Below, in pieces: positions 42,095 through 54,847 of a stretch of DNA of 64,000 bases; within the stretch, counting starts at the first letter, position 1, and every line of letters begins with the position of its first letter. The DNA lies in the NCBI RefSeq assembly GCF_009914755.1, contig NC_060947.1; one strand, given 5' to 3'. This DNA comes from the human T2T-CHM13v2.0 reference genome, Homo sapiens. Both the position numbers and the translations under genes were made by a program. The notes beneath the pieces are model-generated. The model saw only the letters and a list, made by a program, of their open reading frames with translations, searched no databases and was not told the DNA's origin.

Positions 42095-42660
42095 TTCAGT
42101 GTTATATTACCCCTAAATATTTTGTATTTTTGATGCTGACATATGTGGCATTTTAAAATTTTAATCTCATATTATTTGCTACTAATATATAGAAAGCCAC
42201 TTATTTTGTATATTGATTTTGTATTCTGAATCCTTAACAATCTCACTTATCAGCTCCAGTAGCTTTTGTAGATTCCATCACATTTTCTACATAAATGATT
42301 ATGTCATCTGAAAATAAAGACAGTTTCCTTCCTTCTTTCTAATATGTACACATTTTATGTCCTTTTCTTGCTTATTGCACTGAAGAGAACTTCCAGTGCA
42401 ATATTGAATAGAAGTGATAAGTGTACATATTTTGCATTCTTCCTGGTCATAAGAATAAATATTCAGTCTCTCACCATCAATTATGATGTTAGCTGTAGGT
42501 TTTTGATGTATGCTCTTTTTCAGGTTGAGGAAGTTCCTTTCTATTCTTAGTTTGCTCATTGTTTCAATGAAGAATGGATGTTGGATTTTGGCAAAAGCTT
42601 TTACTGAATATTTTGAAATGATCATATGATATTTCATTTTTAATAGGGTGAATTACATCA

Positions 42661-42975
42661 ATTATTATTATTATTATTATTATTATTATTTTGAGAGGGA
42701 GTCTCACTCTGTCACCCAGGCTGGAGTGCAATGGTGCGATCTTGGCTCACTGTGCAACCTCCACCTGCTGGGTTCAAGCGATTCTCCCACCTCAGCCTCC
42801 TGAGTAGCTGGGATTACAGGCACCCGCCATAATGCCCAGCTAATTTTTGTATTTTTATAGAGACAGTGTTTCACCATGTTGGCCCTGCTGGTCTTGAACT
42901 CCTGACCTAAGGCGATCAGCCTGTATCAGCCTCCCAAAGTGCTGGGATTACAAGTGTGAGCCACTGCCCCCAGCC
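42661..42975 (-). mobile_element. AluS with (ATT)n tail
   Basis: Full dimeric Alu. Confidence 0.96.
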
Positions 42976-43922
42976 TTAATTTTTAAATTTTAAACTAACC
43001 TTGCATTTCTGGGATAAATTCCACTTGGTCATGATGTAATGTCCTTTTAAAAGTAAACATATTATTGGATTTAATTTGCTAATATTTTATATGTTTATAT
43101 TTATGTTCATGAGAGATACCGACCTGTACATTTTTTTGTAATGCCTTTGTCTGATTTTGATATTAGGGCAACAATGGTCTCTTATAATTACTTAAGAAGT
43201 GTTTCCTTTCTTCAATTTTATGGGGAGTTTATGTATAATTGGTATTATTTCCTCTTTAAATGTTTGGTAAAATTCACAAGGTCTTTTTCTGGGGGGTTCC
43301 GGAGGGTTTTATTTGTGGGAAGATTTTTTAACTAAAAGTTCAATTTATTTTATAGCTATAGGGCTATTGAGAGTATCCATTTATCCTTGAATGAGCTTTT
43401 GGTACTTTGTGGATTTCAAGGGACTTGTTTACTTCATCTTACCTGTCAAATTTATTGAAATAAAATTGTTCATAATATTTTCTTCTTATGCTACTATTAT
43501 ATGTGGTGATATCATCTCATTCTCTATATTAATAATTTTTGCCTTGTTTCTTTTTTTCCTAATCAGTCTGGCTAGAGATTTGTCAATTTTATATTCTCAC
43601 AGAACCAGGTTTAGGTTGCATCCACTATTTTCCCCACTGTTTTTCCGTTTTATATTTTATTGGTTGAAACTTGTGTCTTTATTATTTCCTTTTTTCTATC
43701 TACTTTGTTTTAATTTGTTCTTTTTTCTAGTTTCTTAAGCTGGAACCTAAGGGCATTGACTTGACACCTTCCCTCTTTTCTAATGTGGAATAAACATCCC
43801 CTTATGTACGTTTTAGTGGCATCCCACAAATTTTGATATGTAGTGTTTTTATTTTCTTTCAGTTCAAAATAGTTCCAAATTTCTGTTTTGAATTCAAAGA
43901 ATAATTTATACCAAAGTCCTCA

Positions 43923-44270
43923 TTGTAGTCCATTTGGGCTGCTACAGCAAAAAGACCATAGACTTGGTATCTTAAAAACGATAGAAAATTATTTCCTATA
44001 GTTCTGGAAGCTGGGGTCAAGTTACCCACAGAATTAGTGTCTGGTGAGGGCCTGCTTCCTGGCTTACAGATGGGTCTTCTTGCTGTGTCCTAACATGGTG
44101 GAAGGGATCAAGGGAGCTCGTCCCTTTTATCAGAGCACAAATTCTATTATGAGAGCTCTGCCCTCATGACCTAATCACCTCCCAAAAGCACCACTTTCAA
44201 ATACCCTCACGTTGTGGGTTAGGTTGCGGCACATGAATTCTGGGAAGACACAAACATTCAGTGTATAGTA
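43923..44270 (-). mobile_element. MLT1A-like LTR
   Basis: agtccatttgggctgctac...gtctggtgagggcctgcttcctgg...ccctcatgacctaatcacctccca...acaaacattcag. Confidence 0.88.
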
Positions 44271-44374
44271 GTTCACCTGTAAGAGAAACATAAGATAACA
44301 AAATGGGCAATGTCTTCAAAATATACAAATAGAAGTTTCATAATGGTTCTAGGTCAGGGGTCTAAAGTTCGATC

Positions 44375-45505
44375 TAATCCCATCATTTCTTTGCTCAGAA
44401 AACTTCTGTGATATCCCAGTGCCTCTGAAATAAAGCTTGAATTAATTTTGCTTCAAGAATTTGAGGCTCTTGAGATCTGGCACCAGCTCAGCTTTCCAGC
44501 CTTACTTCCCACAAGTCATGCTCACTTGACTAAACTGTATTAGCTAAATAGTCCCCTCATGTGCCCTGTGATTTTCCATGTTGCTTTGTTCATATTTTTC
44601 TCTCTAAATGAACTAACTCATCATCACTACTACCCAATCATAATGCCCACCTCAAATGTCACTTTTCCCAGGAAGTGTTCCCAAATTATATTTGTCTGAG
44701 GCCATCTTTTCTTCCTCTGAATTTCTGTAGCACCTTTGTTAGTTTTCTGTTGGTTCCATAACAAATTACCACAAATTTAGTAGCTTTAAACAATACAAAC
44801 TTATTCCCTTACAGTTCTGTAGGTCAGAAGTCCAAGTAGGCTAGGATGGTTTTGCTGCTCCAAGATTCACAAGGTTGAAATGAAGATGTTTGCCAGCTAG
44901 ACTCTTAATTGGAGAATTCTCTTCCAAGATAATTCAAGTTATTGGTGGCATTCAGTTCCTTATGGTTTTACGACTAAGGTTCCCATTTCTTTCTGGCTGT
45001 CATCTGAGGGTCTCCTTAGCTCATCAAAGCCTCTTCATTTCTTGCGCATGGGCCACTATATCACAGAGCAAACAAATGACATATCGAATCCTTATCATGC
45101 ATGAGATCTCTCTGACTTTCCATTCTACTGTATCTCTCTTCTGCCAGCCAAAGTTCTCTGCTTTTAAGGGCTTATGTGATTTAATTGGTTCCACCCAGAT
45201 ATTTCAAGATTTTCTCCTATTTTAATGTCCAGGATCTTATTTATATCTGCAAGGTACTTTTTTGCTATGTAAGACAACATATTCACAGGATCATTGGAGG
45301 GGCCTTTCTGCCTACCACAAAACTCTGTTTGAAACTTATTTTCTATCTTGCATTTCACCTGTTTGCATGTATGTCTTAACTCCTTTTCTAGACTGTAAGA
45401 CCCTGGAGAAGAGAAAGTGCAGCTTATTCATCATTGTATTACAAAAAAGGCCTAGGACTGGTATGTAGTAAATAATCATACGATGCTAGCTGAAGGAATG
45501 AAATA
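44375..45505 (+). mobile_element. L2 3' region split by an MLT1 LTR
   Basis: ctcaaatgtcacttttcccaggaag... | ...ctagactgtaagaccctggag...gctgaaggaatgaa. Confidence 0.7.
44736..45319 (-). mobile_element. MLT1E-like LTR
   Basis: ttagttttctgttg...ataacaaattaccacaaatttagt...cagttctgtaggtcagaagtcc...ctctgcttttaagggct...tctgcctaccaca. Confidence 0.85.
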
Positions 45506-45756
45506 TAATGATCCTCTACAAAAGCTCTGAGTTACATATAACATTCACTCTTAACTTATTGGAGAGATAGCTGGGTGGCCAAAGAACTAATGAGTAAGAC
45601 CTATGGTGTTTATTTAGGCAAGGCAGGAACTGAAATGTGTTTTGGTCTTAATTATAAAGCAGATTATTTTGGTTTTGGGTTTTGCTCCCCATTTTATTGT
45701 TTCTGACAGCATTTCAGTTAATTATCCTGAATTTCGCAGGTACAACATAATATATA

Positions 45757-46692
45757 TTTAAAATTTTTTAAAATAATTTTTGTGAGTATACAGTAGGTAT
45801 ATATGTTTATGGGGTATGTGAGATATTTTCATACAGGCATGCAATGGATAATAATCACTTCAGCATAAATGGGGTATCCGTCACCTCAAGCATTTATCCT
45901 TTGTGTTACAAAAAATCAAATTATATTCTTCCAGTTATTTTAAAATATACAATTAAATTATTATTGACTATAGACACCCTGTTTGGCTATCAAATAGTAG
46001 GTTTTATTCATTCTTTCTATTTTTGTACCCATTAACCATCCTAACATCCTCCCCACCCCACCACCCTTCCTGGCCTCTGATAACTATCCTTCTACTATCC
46101 ATGAGTTCAATTGTTCAAACTTTTAGCTCCCACAAATAAGTGAGAACACGTGAAGTTTGTCTTTCCATACCTGGCTTGTTTCACTTAACATAATGATCTC
46201 CAGTTCCATCCATGTTCTTGCAAATGACATAATCTCATTATTTTTTATGACTGAATAGTATTCCATTGTGTATAAGTGACCTGTTTTCTTTATTCATTTG
46301 TACGTTGATGGACACTTAGATTGCTTCCAAATCTTGGCTATTGTGAATAGTTTTGCAATAAATGGGAGTGCAGATATCTCTTTGATATACTAATTACCTT
46401 TATTCAGGGTATATACCTAGAAGTAGGATTGCTGGATCAGATGGTAATGCTATTTTTAGTTTTTTGGAAGCTCCAAACTGTTTACCTCAGTGGCTGTACT
46501 AATTTACCTTCCCACCAACAGTGTACGAGGGTTCTCTTTTCTCCACATCTTCACCAGCATTTGTTGTTGCCTGTCTTTTGGATATAATTCATTTTTACTG
46601 CGGTGAGATTATATCTCATTGTAGTAATGAAGACAATCCCGTTCTGTGGATTGTCTCTTCACTTTGTTGATTGTTTCCTTAGCTGTGCAAAG
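45757..46692 (-). mobile_element. L1MA1-3-like 3' end with an internal deletion
   Basis: 3' UTR and ORF2 end on the antisense strand; jump in the L1 alignment at 46625-46638. Confidence 0.88.
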
Positions 46693-47479
46693 GAGTTAGT
46701 TGTGGGATGATTTTAGGACTCCTTTAAATAGAACATTCCCAAGACAGTACTCTAAGTGTATTTTCAATAAAACATTAATAGATGGACTCTGACTGCATGT
46801 GTGGAAGGTACCATCATAGGTTAGGAAATTGCCACAAGTATAACAAAGAGTTTTGAAAGTTCTAGCTTATAGCTTACTTATTCCAAGCAACAGTGGACAA
46901 TAAAAAAGCTAGGCCCTCTGATTTCACTATATTTGATTTTGATTTGTATATTTTAGGACTGCTCTGAGAGAAAGAAGAGTGTTCCTGAATAAATTACTAG
47001 ATTTCTCTAGGATGAAAGGAAAAATCCTAACGGGCAATATAACTGTTTTCTTTCACAAATTTAGATTTCCAGTAAAAGTATTTTTATGCTAAAGTAACCA
47101 AAGACCCTGATATTTTTATTAAAAAGTATATATATACATATACATACACATATACATGTATGTATGATTTACAACATAAAAATACCAAATTCCAGGCTCC
47201 TTAATATGCCTTCACAATTCCAGTAGTATTAGGCATCATGATGTGCAGTAAACATAATACAGAGGATATTTATGTCTCATTTTATTTTATGTCATCACAT
47301 CTTGTTTACATTATTCTTTGGTGTTCTCATAAGATATAGATTCCTTTCAAATACTCTTGTCAATGGCATTTTGTAAAGGAAAAGCCAACATTCTAGGAAA
47401 TCACCATTGTATCTGGAGTTGTAAGAATGTTTTAATATGTTATGACTGTTTGCTTCATATACAAAAACTCCTGTATCTT

Positions 47480-47694
47480 TTTTTCTTTTTTTATTATACT
47501 TTAAGTTCTGGGATACATGTGCAGAACGTGCAGCTTGTTACATAGGTATACATGTGCCATGGTGGTTTGCTGCACCCATCAACCTGTCATCTACATTAGG
47601 TATTTCTCCTAATGCTATCCCTCCCCTTACCCCCTACTCCCCGAAAGGCCCCGGTGTGTGATGTTCCCCTCCCTGTGTCCATATGCTCTCACTG
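47480..47694 (-). mobile_element. L1PA7-like 3' UTR fragment
   Basis: ttatactttaagttctgggatacatgtgcagaacgtgcag...; 17-bp TSD aaaaactcct(g/a)tatctt (47463-47479, 47695-47711). Confidence 0.93.
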
Positions 47695-47889
47695 AAAAAC
47701 TCCTATATCTTAATAAACCAGACTTTGTGAATAGGTTCCTACGTCATTGTATAATTTGCAGAATTTTGCAGCCATTAAAAAAATAAATTCCTTCCTGAAG
47801 ATGAATGAATAAACACGTATCTTTGTTTAACTTACATGGGTTCTACAATTGGTTCAAACATATTCTAGTTGTGATTTTAAAGCCTTATA

Positions 47890-48260
47890 AATATTCAACA
47901 AATATTTAAATATCCATCAATTGCTTGCTACTTGAAAGGCACTATGGGTGTTACAAAAATGTATATGACATCAATCCCAGGGTCAAACACACTGGTAGGG
48001 GAGAAGATATGTGTATAAATAACTGTAATAAAAGCCCTAAGCTCCAGGTGTGGCTCTAGTAAAATACTATGGAACTTCAGAGGAAGGATTAGGAAATGCA
48101 TAATGGAGCATATGGCATCTGTTCAGGGAATGGCAATAGCCCATTGAGGTTGTGATGGAAATTGTATGAAGGTAAATAGATTGCAGTCAGGCTAACAATT
48201 TAGGTTGAGACCAGAATTTGAAAAATCTTGGACATAACAATAGGAAATTTGATATTTCCA
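47890..48260 (-). mobile_element. L2 fragment
   Basis: attcaacaaatatttaaa...aggcactatggg...aaatactatggaacttcagagga. Confidence 0.6.
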
Positions 48261-48319
48261 GAAATTAAATGTTTTTTAATAGACAAGATACTTGATCCCT
48301 TCTGGTGTAATCTATCAAC

Positions 48320-49040
48320 CTCTTGACCACTCTCTGTCATTCACTGGAGACCTTGGCTGACAATCTTCCTCTCCATTCCAAGCCCTGCCACCATCATCTT
48401 TGGTGACTCCAATGTCCAAAATGGACAATCTTTCAAATACTCTGGCCTCTCTATTTCTTAATGATCATCAACTCTCCACTTCAACTACCCACTTCCAGAG
48501 CAACACTCTGGACTTTGTCATTACCAAAAGCTGCTTCATCTTTGAAATCTTAAATTTTTCCACTTTATCAATAGCCGTCCATTTTTCCAGTTCTTTCATT
48601 CCATTGTTTTTATTACACCTGTACATGGACAGCATCAAGACCTTTATTAGTCCCCTCTCATTACTTCCTTTTCTATGAAGCCTAAATCCTATTCTCCATA
48701 ATTCTATATTCTTATTAGTATCCTCAGATATTTGAACTATAATTTTTTGCCTTCTTTATATCTATACCAAGGTTGCTGGGGGAAAGAAATCTCCTCACCA
48801 CAAAAATGAATGACTAAATACCCACCTGGTGTTCAATGTCAACTAGGGCTTCCACATTATTCAGCAAACCATCTGTATTTCCCTTATCTTCTGCTTTTCT
48901 CTTTTCCACTCCAACCCTATGCTCTCATTCTCACTGTATGATCTCAACTCCTGATTCATGGAGAAAATAGTAGCCATCTCAAGTTAAGCCATTTCTTAAC
49001 TTCCTTGTATGTCAACTACAAACTTACCAGCCTCCACATC
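48320..49040 (+). mobile_element. L2 ORF2 endonuclease-region remnant
   Basis: IIFGDSN and THFQSNTLDFVIT resemble the APE endonuclease motifs GDFN and TH..G.TLDL. Confidence 0.7.
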
Positions 49041-49049
49041 CAGTATATA

Positions 49050-49695
49050 GCCAGTAACTGAAGCCATAGGGAAGATTAACATTGTCCAGGACGTACTGTG
49101 TGTATAGAACAGTGATTTATTTAGAGTCTATATGGATCACCTACGATGCTGGATTAAAATAGATTCTAGAGTGCTGTGAGGTTATGAAATTGACTAAGGG
49201 GCAAGGAAATTTGTATTTTTTACCAAGCACCTTAAGTCATGGTGACACAAGTGTTCCAAGGACCACACTGAAAAATAATGGTCTAGACTAAGACTAGAAG
49301 AGAGCTAAGAGCAAAACCTTGCGTCACATCGTTATTTAAGAGGAACTCATATGGACGATCAGGTAGGAAAGGGTAGAGGGGAAAACCAGGAGAGCACTAT
49401 TCCACAGAAAAGAAGGGAAGAGGGAATTTCAAGTGGTCAAGTGAGGTCAATAATGCCAAATATTCCACAAATGTCAAGTTAAATAAGACTAAATAAGTGT
49501 ACTGGATTTATAATAAAATTGAAGGGTGGAGGAGATAGTTGGTGATTTGGTAAGAAGCATTTTGCTCTGAGGGAAATGGTATATTACGGTGGCTTATGGA
49601 GTGGATTGAACATAAGGCAGTGTACAAAATGAATATAAAGTTTTCAAGAAGTGCAACTACAAAGGTGATGACATCAGGGCAGCAGCTAGAGGGGA
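49050..49695 (-). mobile_element. L2 fragment containing a MER5-like hAT insertion (49110-49280)
   Basis: taactgaagccatagg... | cagtg...atttgtatttttaccaagcacc...ggaccacactgaaaaataatg | ...aaaaccaggagagc...tcaagttaaataagact. Confidence 0.6.
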
Positions 49696-50006
49696 TCGTG
49701 ATATTCTAGACAGAAGACTCCAGGAGGGCAGGGGTTGTGTGTGTCTTGTATTATCAAGACCCAGCCCAGTCCCACTAAATATTTGTTGAATGAAATAATT
49801 CCTCCAGTTGTGTGTATTTATGTGTTTCTTTCTGTGATACCAACTTAATTAGAATAGTTCTCAAAGATCCTTAGTGGTAAAGTCTGAGGAGGCAAATGGG
49901 TGATGATCCTAAACTGCTTAAACGCACTAGTAATTGGGCAAGAAAGAAAGAAAGAAAAAGGAGGTGTGTCACTTTCTACGGCTGAGGGACTAACTAGTGG
50001 GGCCCC

Positions 50007-50807
<801 letters not shown>

Positions 50808-51109
50808 AGATCCTATTGCTTTTCTTTTGTTCAATGAATGTTTGAATCAGTAAATGTGTGAAATAGGTAGGAAGAAGTTAAGTGTAGAAGTGTGAGTGGG
50901 GCTAGATCGTATCAGGCTTTGAATTCCAGGTAAGAAATTTGTTATGCTGGACAATTAAAAGTTTTGAGCAGAGAAGTGACAAAATCCATAGACATTTTAA
51001 GTGAACATTCCAAACTTAATTATGTTGGATCCTAGCTGCAAAATATGAAATATACCTCTATCTTTCTGCTCACAGTATCTCTAGTCATTTGCTGAGAGAC
51101 AATGGAACA

Positions 51110-51328
51110 GAGTGTTTAAACAGTCTGGTAATGGAAAAGACTGGCTCAGGAGTCAAAGAGACTTGCTCTCAAATCTGGCTCTGCCACTTATTCTTGGTGT
51201 GTCTTCAGTGAGTCTTAGTTTCCTCATCTGTAAAGTCAGGTCTCAAAGATTAAAATAGATAGTAAATACAAAGTATTTGATATAGGTTAATCACTAATAC
51301 ATGTCAGCCAACATTACTGCTATTATTG
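51110..51328 (+). mobile_element. MIR
   Basis: ggctctgccacttatt...ttagtttcctcatctgtaaa. Confidence 0.7.
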
Positions 51329-52092
51329 AGAATTAAAGGGAAGTCCTGCTGGGATTCTCTCTCTTCAGGTAGTACCTGCTCCTCAGCCAGAAAAAAAAAA
51401 AAAGAAAAAAAAGATTTTCTTTTCTCAGAGCTCTACAAGCTTGGAGGTAACAATAGTGCAGATCATTTCAGCTGTTACATTAAATACATCTTAATACCAC
51501 ATGGTAATTCATGTGAAGAATTAGGGTGAAGATAGGAAGTAATAGTTGCTGATAGCTTGACTACTACTGTGTCACTTCACAAAAGGAAGTTGTGATACTT
51601 GCATTCTAAGCCCTTCCATGTTTTTGTTTCCAGAAAGCTTGTAAGAGACCCAGTCAATATTGACCAGAATTATTGTTCCTACCTCACTTAACACAAACAT
51701 GCTAACACTGAGAAAGTTATAATACAATCTTGAGTAATTTTATTTTGCTGGTCAAATTTAAAACGTATACTCTCCTGTACACTCTGCAGCTGAGACTGCA
51801 ACATCTGAATCCCTGGTGGCTTGCTTCCATAGTAGACACAGAGAAGGAAGTTGGATCCATCTTTGCTTTCAATAGAGCATTAAAGAGTCTGCTAGTTATC
51901 CATCTCTCTGCACCTATTTTTATGTAATTTTTCAAAGAATTGAGCTATAAAATGCCCTTTGTGGGCACACAGCACTTAAAGTTAATATTTTGTTAATGAT
52001 TTGTTTAGCTGATTGCCTTTAGCTAAGATAAAATTACCCGTCAGGCTCTGTTTCAAGCCCTTGGACATCAAATGGGAATTTTTAAGCAATTA

Positions 52093-52153
52093 GAGTGGCA
52101 GCACTCTTGCCACTCAAAAGCAAGAGTGGGATCTCTCTTGCTTTTGAGATCCC
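52093..52153. repeat. Cluster of four interlocking perfect inverted repeats
   Basis: Arms of 8, 9, 14 and 8 bp within 61 bp (see findings). Confidence 0.9.
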
Positions 52154-52672
52154 CGAAGCAATAAGTTGATGCTTAAACTATTTTTAATTCAGTAGTGGCT
52201 GAAAGGACAAATTTCTATGTATTTCTTGTAACACAACCACATTAGGTTCTTCCTTTAGATATTCTTCAATTGTCATAGAATAGCTTCCATCATGTCCATT
52301 CCTGGTGTGGATTTTAGATCCTCAAATATCAGTTAATAAAAGATTTCACAGGCCTTTGGTTGTAAATATATTTTCAATACCAAAAATATTAGAAACTGGA
52401 TTTTGAAATGTGAATCATTAAAAAAAAAAAGAAAATTCACCTTAGGAAAAATAATCTCCTAATGGTGAAGGAATGGGGAAATCTCCAAGTAACATCCTTA
52501 ATGTGGGTTGATTTTTCTAATGCATGGGCTAGTAGCTGCAAGAAGTATTACAAAATTAGAACATAGAAATAACGGCAACTTCTAGTTTGCCTCTGTTTTA
52601 ATCAGACCATGTTTTTCTCATTTGCTCCTTTTTCTCTATTCTCAAAACTTCCTTGAGTATGAGCCTTTTAGC

Positions 52673-52849
52673 CAGGACTGGCTACATAATTTGGGGAGCT
52701 CAGTGAAAAATGAAAATGTGGGGTTTTTGTTCTAAAATTATTAAAAATTTCAAGATGGCAACAGCAGAACTTTAAACTAAGTGCAGGATCCTTCTATGTA
52801 TGGGGCCCTGAGTAACTGCACAGGTCACACGCCCGTAAAACCAGCCCTG
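52673..52849 (+). mobile_element. MER45A (hAT-Tip100)
   Basis: caggactggctacataatttg...aaaatgaaaatgtgggg...ggggccctg...ctgcacaggtcacacgccc...gccctg; TSD cttttagc/attctagc. Confidence 0.88.
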
Positions 52850-54338
52850 ATTCTAGCTTTATAGAATCCCAATATCGAAAACTTCATAGATAATATAACA
52901 GCTTTCTGTTGAGTCCACAGTCTGATGGTGTTCAGTATTTTCCAGTGATCAAGACTTTTATCTCTTTTATCTCCTGTCCTTTTTTTAATGTCTCTTATGC
53001 TATATCTTGAAATAGAGGAATATTTTGATATTGTAAGAATCTTCTAAGGCTGTGCTTCCTTTCAGATTTTGTCTTTGATCATTGTATTGGGAAATCTTGT
53101 CAAAATATCCCTTGGGTGTGCATTGAGCTTTGATGACAAAGCCACCGTGCAGTAGGTGTTTACTCTCATTGGGGCTTCTCTTCCTCCTAATTGCTAGATT
53201 TGTGCTACCCACTTTGATATTAGAATGCATATTTTTTTTTCTGTTTGTTCTCCTAATCAAGAAATATATGGGACCTTTATTTCATTTATGATTGTGGTTT
53301 TTAAAACTCAAGTTTTAGAGCTACTTCTCAAACTCTTAACCTAGGAACTTCTTTTCAAGCCAATCTTATCTTCATTCGTAGCTTTATTTACTCTGGTTGT
53401 TACAGTCCAAAGCTTTGAGCTGATTTTCAGCAATTATCCAGTAATTGGATTGAGGATCTGCTAAATTTTTCATATAACAGATTGCCCTTTTTCAGATTGT
53501 GTTAATTCTCTCATTAGGAGCTCTTGATATTCACAGGTTTGTCAGCATTGGTATATTTACGTGGAGAAGACTTTGATTGAATTGTAGAAAAAAAATTTGA
53601 GTGTTCTTGATTTTACTACTAATGTTTTTCTTCATTAACCTTTACAGATTTGTTTGTTTAGAATTTCATTTTATGCATTACTTTTCTATTCTTTGGGCTA
53701 TCTACACAAACACTGCTCAATCATGTATCTCAATATCACTGAAACTTTAAAAAACATTGGTCTTATTTAAAGAAGTGCATGGTACAAAGCTACACATGTA
53801 AAGCGTTATCTGGAAGACTTGTTTTAAGGCAACTGAAATTATCCAATGATGTTATGAAGGAACACCTTCCATGGAGACACTACTACAAGAAAACGGTAAT
53901 TTTTTTCCCTTTTTTGACTTCATAGCAAAGTATCCAGACTCCGCTTTTGCATCAAGCCTGAGACCAGACTCTGTAGGCAGTAAGAGTTCATTTTGACTCT
54001 GCGGTAGGGTCTTACTCATTTGGCATTTCTGAAATGAACTCCATTACTTTTTGCTTCCCAGTGCCACTTTTCTCCTTATCAAGGGAAGAAACTTTCGCTT
54101 GGAGTAGAGCTCAGGCTGCTCAAAGCACAGCAGAAATGGTGAGGTTGGCACTCTCTGTGCATGTTATGTAGCCATAATTGATTGCCTACTAAACTCTTAT
54201 AGGGCATGCAAGATCTCTTGCTTCTTTTCTGGCTGTCAGCTCACTTCAGCCTCTGTAAGGCCCACTATTCTTTTAGAAAGCAAGTGGGTCACAACAATTG
54301 TAGACCAAGTCAGGCACTCTCGCAAAGCTCAATGTATA

Positions 54339-54847
54339 CAATAGTCCCCACCCACCTTATCCGAAGTTCTGCTTTCTGCAGTTTAAGTTACCTGTGGTCC
54401 ACCATGGTCTGAAAATATTAAGTGGAAAATTCCAGAAATAAACAATTCATAAGTTTTAAATTGCTCACTGTTCTGAGTAGCATGATGAAATCTTGCCCGT
54501 TCTGCCCTGTCACACCTGGGACAGGAATCATCCCTTTGTCTAGTATATGCATGCTGTCTACACTACCTGCCTGGTAGTCACTTAGTAGCCCTCTCAGTTA
54601 TCAGATTGACAGTCATGGTATTGCAATGCTTGGGTTCAAAGAACCTTATTTTACTTAGGAATGGCCCCAAAGCGTAAAAGCAGTTAAGCTGAGAATTTGA
54701 ATGTGCCAAAGCAGCCATGAAGTGCTTCTTTTATCTAAAAAGGTGAAAGTCTTGAGATATATATATATATGATTTGGTATCATCCAGAGTTTCCACCATC
54801 CTCTGGGGGTCTTGGAATGTACTTCTCATGGATAAGGAGGACCACTA
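54339..54847 (+). mobile_element. MER44B-like (Tigger7-derived) DNA transposon
   Basis: caatagtcccc..ttatcc...ggaaaattccagaaataaacaattcataagttttaaatt...aatggccccaaagcg...ggataagg..accacta; TA flanks. Confidence 0.88.
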
